From NCBI GenBank assembly GCA_003971905.1, contig RSEE01000036.1, positions 496,001 to 560,000 on the forward strand: a stretch of DNA of 64,000 bases, given 5' to 3'. Position numbers and translations under genes: made by a program. This stretch comes from Moniliella sp. 'wahieum'. Taxonomy: Eukaryota. The notes under the pieces are model-generated. The model did no database searches. It saw only the letters and a list, made by a program, of their open reading frames with translations, and was not told the DNA's origin. Below are positions 62,754 through 64,000 of this stretch, in pieces (within the stretch, counting starts at the first letter, position 1; every line of letters starts with the position of its first letter).

Positions 62754-64000
62754 TCACCGTCCCCGTTGCGTCGGTCGCTTCACTTTGACTTTGTCGGCGA
62801 GGCCAGTGCGTCCTGCACGTGCTCCTTGGCCTCTGCCACCTTGTCCTGCACGCTGTCGTTCGCCAGCCCAGCCAGGTCGGGCAGCGGGTTGGTTGAGCGC
62901 TGCACAGCGTTGGTCTGGCTCTGGGACGCCTCGACGCCCGACGCGCGCGCATGGACGTCCGAGTCGGATGCCGAGGGCGCAGGCGAGAGAGAGGCGGGTG
63001 GGCGGGAGGAGCGAGGCGGGCCCGGCGTTTGCTCGTCCAGCGGTCCAGCACACGGCCCAGGCCCAGCTGGAACGCCACCAGCCCAGCGGCGGCAACCCAG
63101 AGCCCGTACCAGCGTGCCGCGGCGTACGCTTGGGTCGAGCTGTGCCAGTCCAGGACAAGGAAGGGCGCAACGGTAAAGTTGAGCGTGGTTTGCGTCGCAA
63201 CCACACTGAGCGCCGAATAGAGCAGTTGCCCTTTCGTGTACCGTGGTCCCAACGAGCTGAATAGGTCGGGGTTCGACAGCAACTTTGCCAGTGACGGCAC
63301 GGCGTCCGGGCCGTGCGGTAGCGGAAAGGGTACAGTCATGTTGGGGTTCGGTGTCGTCGCTCCCGATACGGGGTAGAGAGACGAACTTGAGCCGGCTCGC
63401 AGCAGTACATCGTCCATCTCCTTCACTGTCTGCTCGTCCCCTTCGTCCTCCACTTCTTCTGACAAGTGCAGCATTTTCGCGCAGCACCTTGGCTTGGGTA
63501 CGGCGCGCACGCGCACGGCGCAGTGACGGGTTGGGCGTGTGGGGGTCTTCAAAGAAGAGCGGACGGATGTGGCGACGGATGTTCTTGGCCAGCGCAGAGA
63601 AAAGGCCAGCCAAGACGAACGCAAGGTAATACCCGGGCGCACACCATGCCAAAAGGCCGAAGTGAGGAAGGTGAGCATGCTCGCGGCAAAGCCTGGCTTG
63701 GCCCCGGGCGGGACGAGACGCTTGTAGACATTGTTGCGAAGCCAGATGTTGGTGTTGATGTTCCAATGGTCCAGCACTTCCTTCCAGTTGTTGGCCAATT
63801 CAATGTGCAGAATGTCCACGTTCAAACACCGATTCCATTGGGCTACCCAATGGTCCCTCTGTCCCGTCCGCTTACTAGGCGAGGCCGGGGCGTACCCATT
63901 GAACCCCAACCCGCTCACCACGCAAGCCCCGTCGGTGAGAGACCAAACGCCATAGTACTTGGTCCGGGCCGCCAAGCCAGCCAGCTGAATAAACAACATG
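62754..64000 (-). CDS. ALE1: MBOAT lysophospholipid acyltransferase Ale1-like (5'-partial, continues beyond the window)
   Basis: RTKYYGVWSLTDGACVVSGLGFNG, WNINTNIWLRNNVYKRL, TFLTSAFWHG, GYYLAF. Confidence 0.88.

Overview
GC-rich, intron-containing eukaryotic DNA, most likely from a basidiomycete fungus (short GT-AG introns with CTRAY branch points; Fuz7/Ste7-type MAPKK; fungal chitin deacetylases). About 24 protein-coding loci can be supported: NPC2/ML lipid-transfer protein, cyclin T/K-like, cerato-platanin, OCA-family pseudophosphatase, Psr1-like CTD phosphatase, CBM21 PP1-targeting subunit, Rad52-family protein, a coiled-coil protein, Ste7/Fuz7 MAPKK, Munc13-like C2/MUN protein, two divergent chitin deacetylase paralogs, a SYLF protein, a 30-aa metallothionein absent from the ORF track, CENP-A, a GPI protein, Spp1, Lsm1, Mob2, cytochrome b5, phytase, an AP-1-binding-motif protein, two hypothetical proteins and a partial Ale1 MBOAT. 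There are also two intron-containing tRNAs (Phe-GAA and initiator Met), a decayed RPT1 fragment, and two inverted copies of a ~116-bp MITE-like element. Many conserved genes carry single-base frameshifts, most likely uncorrected long-read errors, so many boundaries are approximate. No CRISPR-like array or clearly novel multi-gene system is evident. All family calls come from motif recognition, not database searches.
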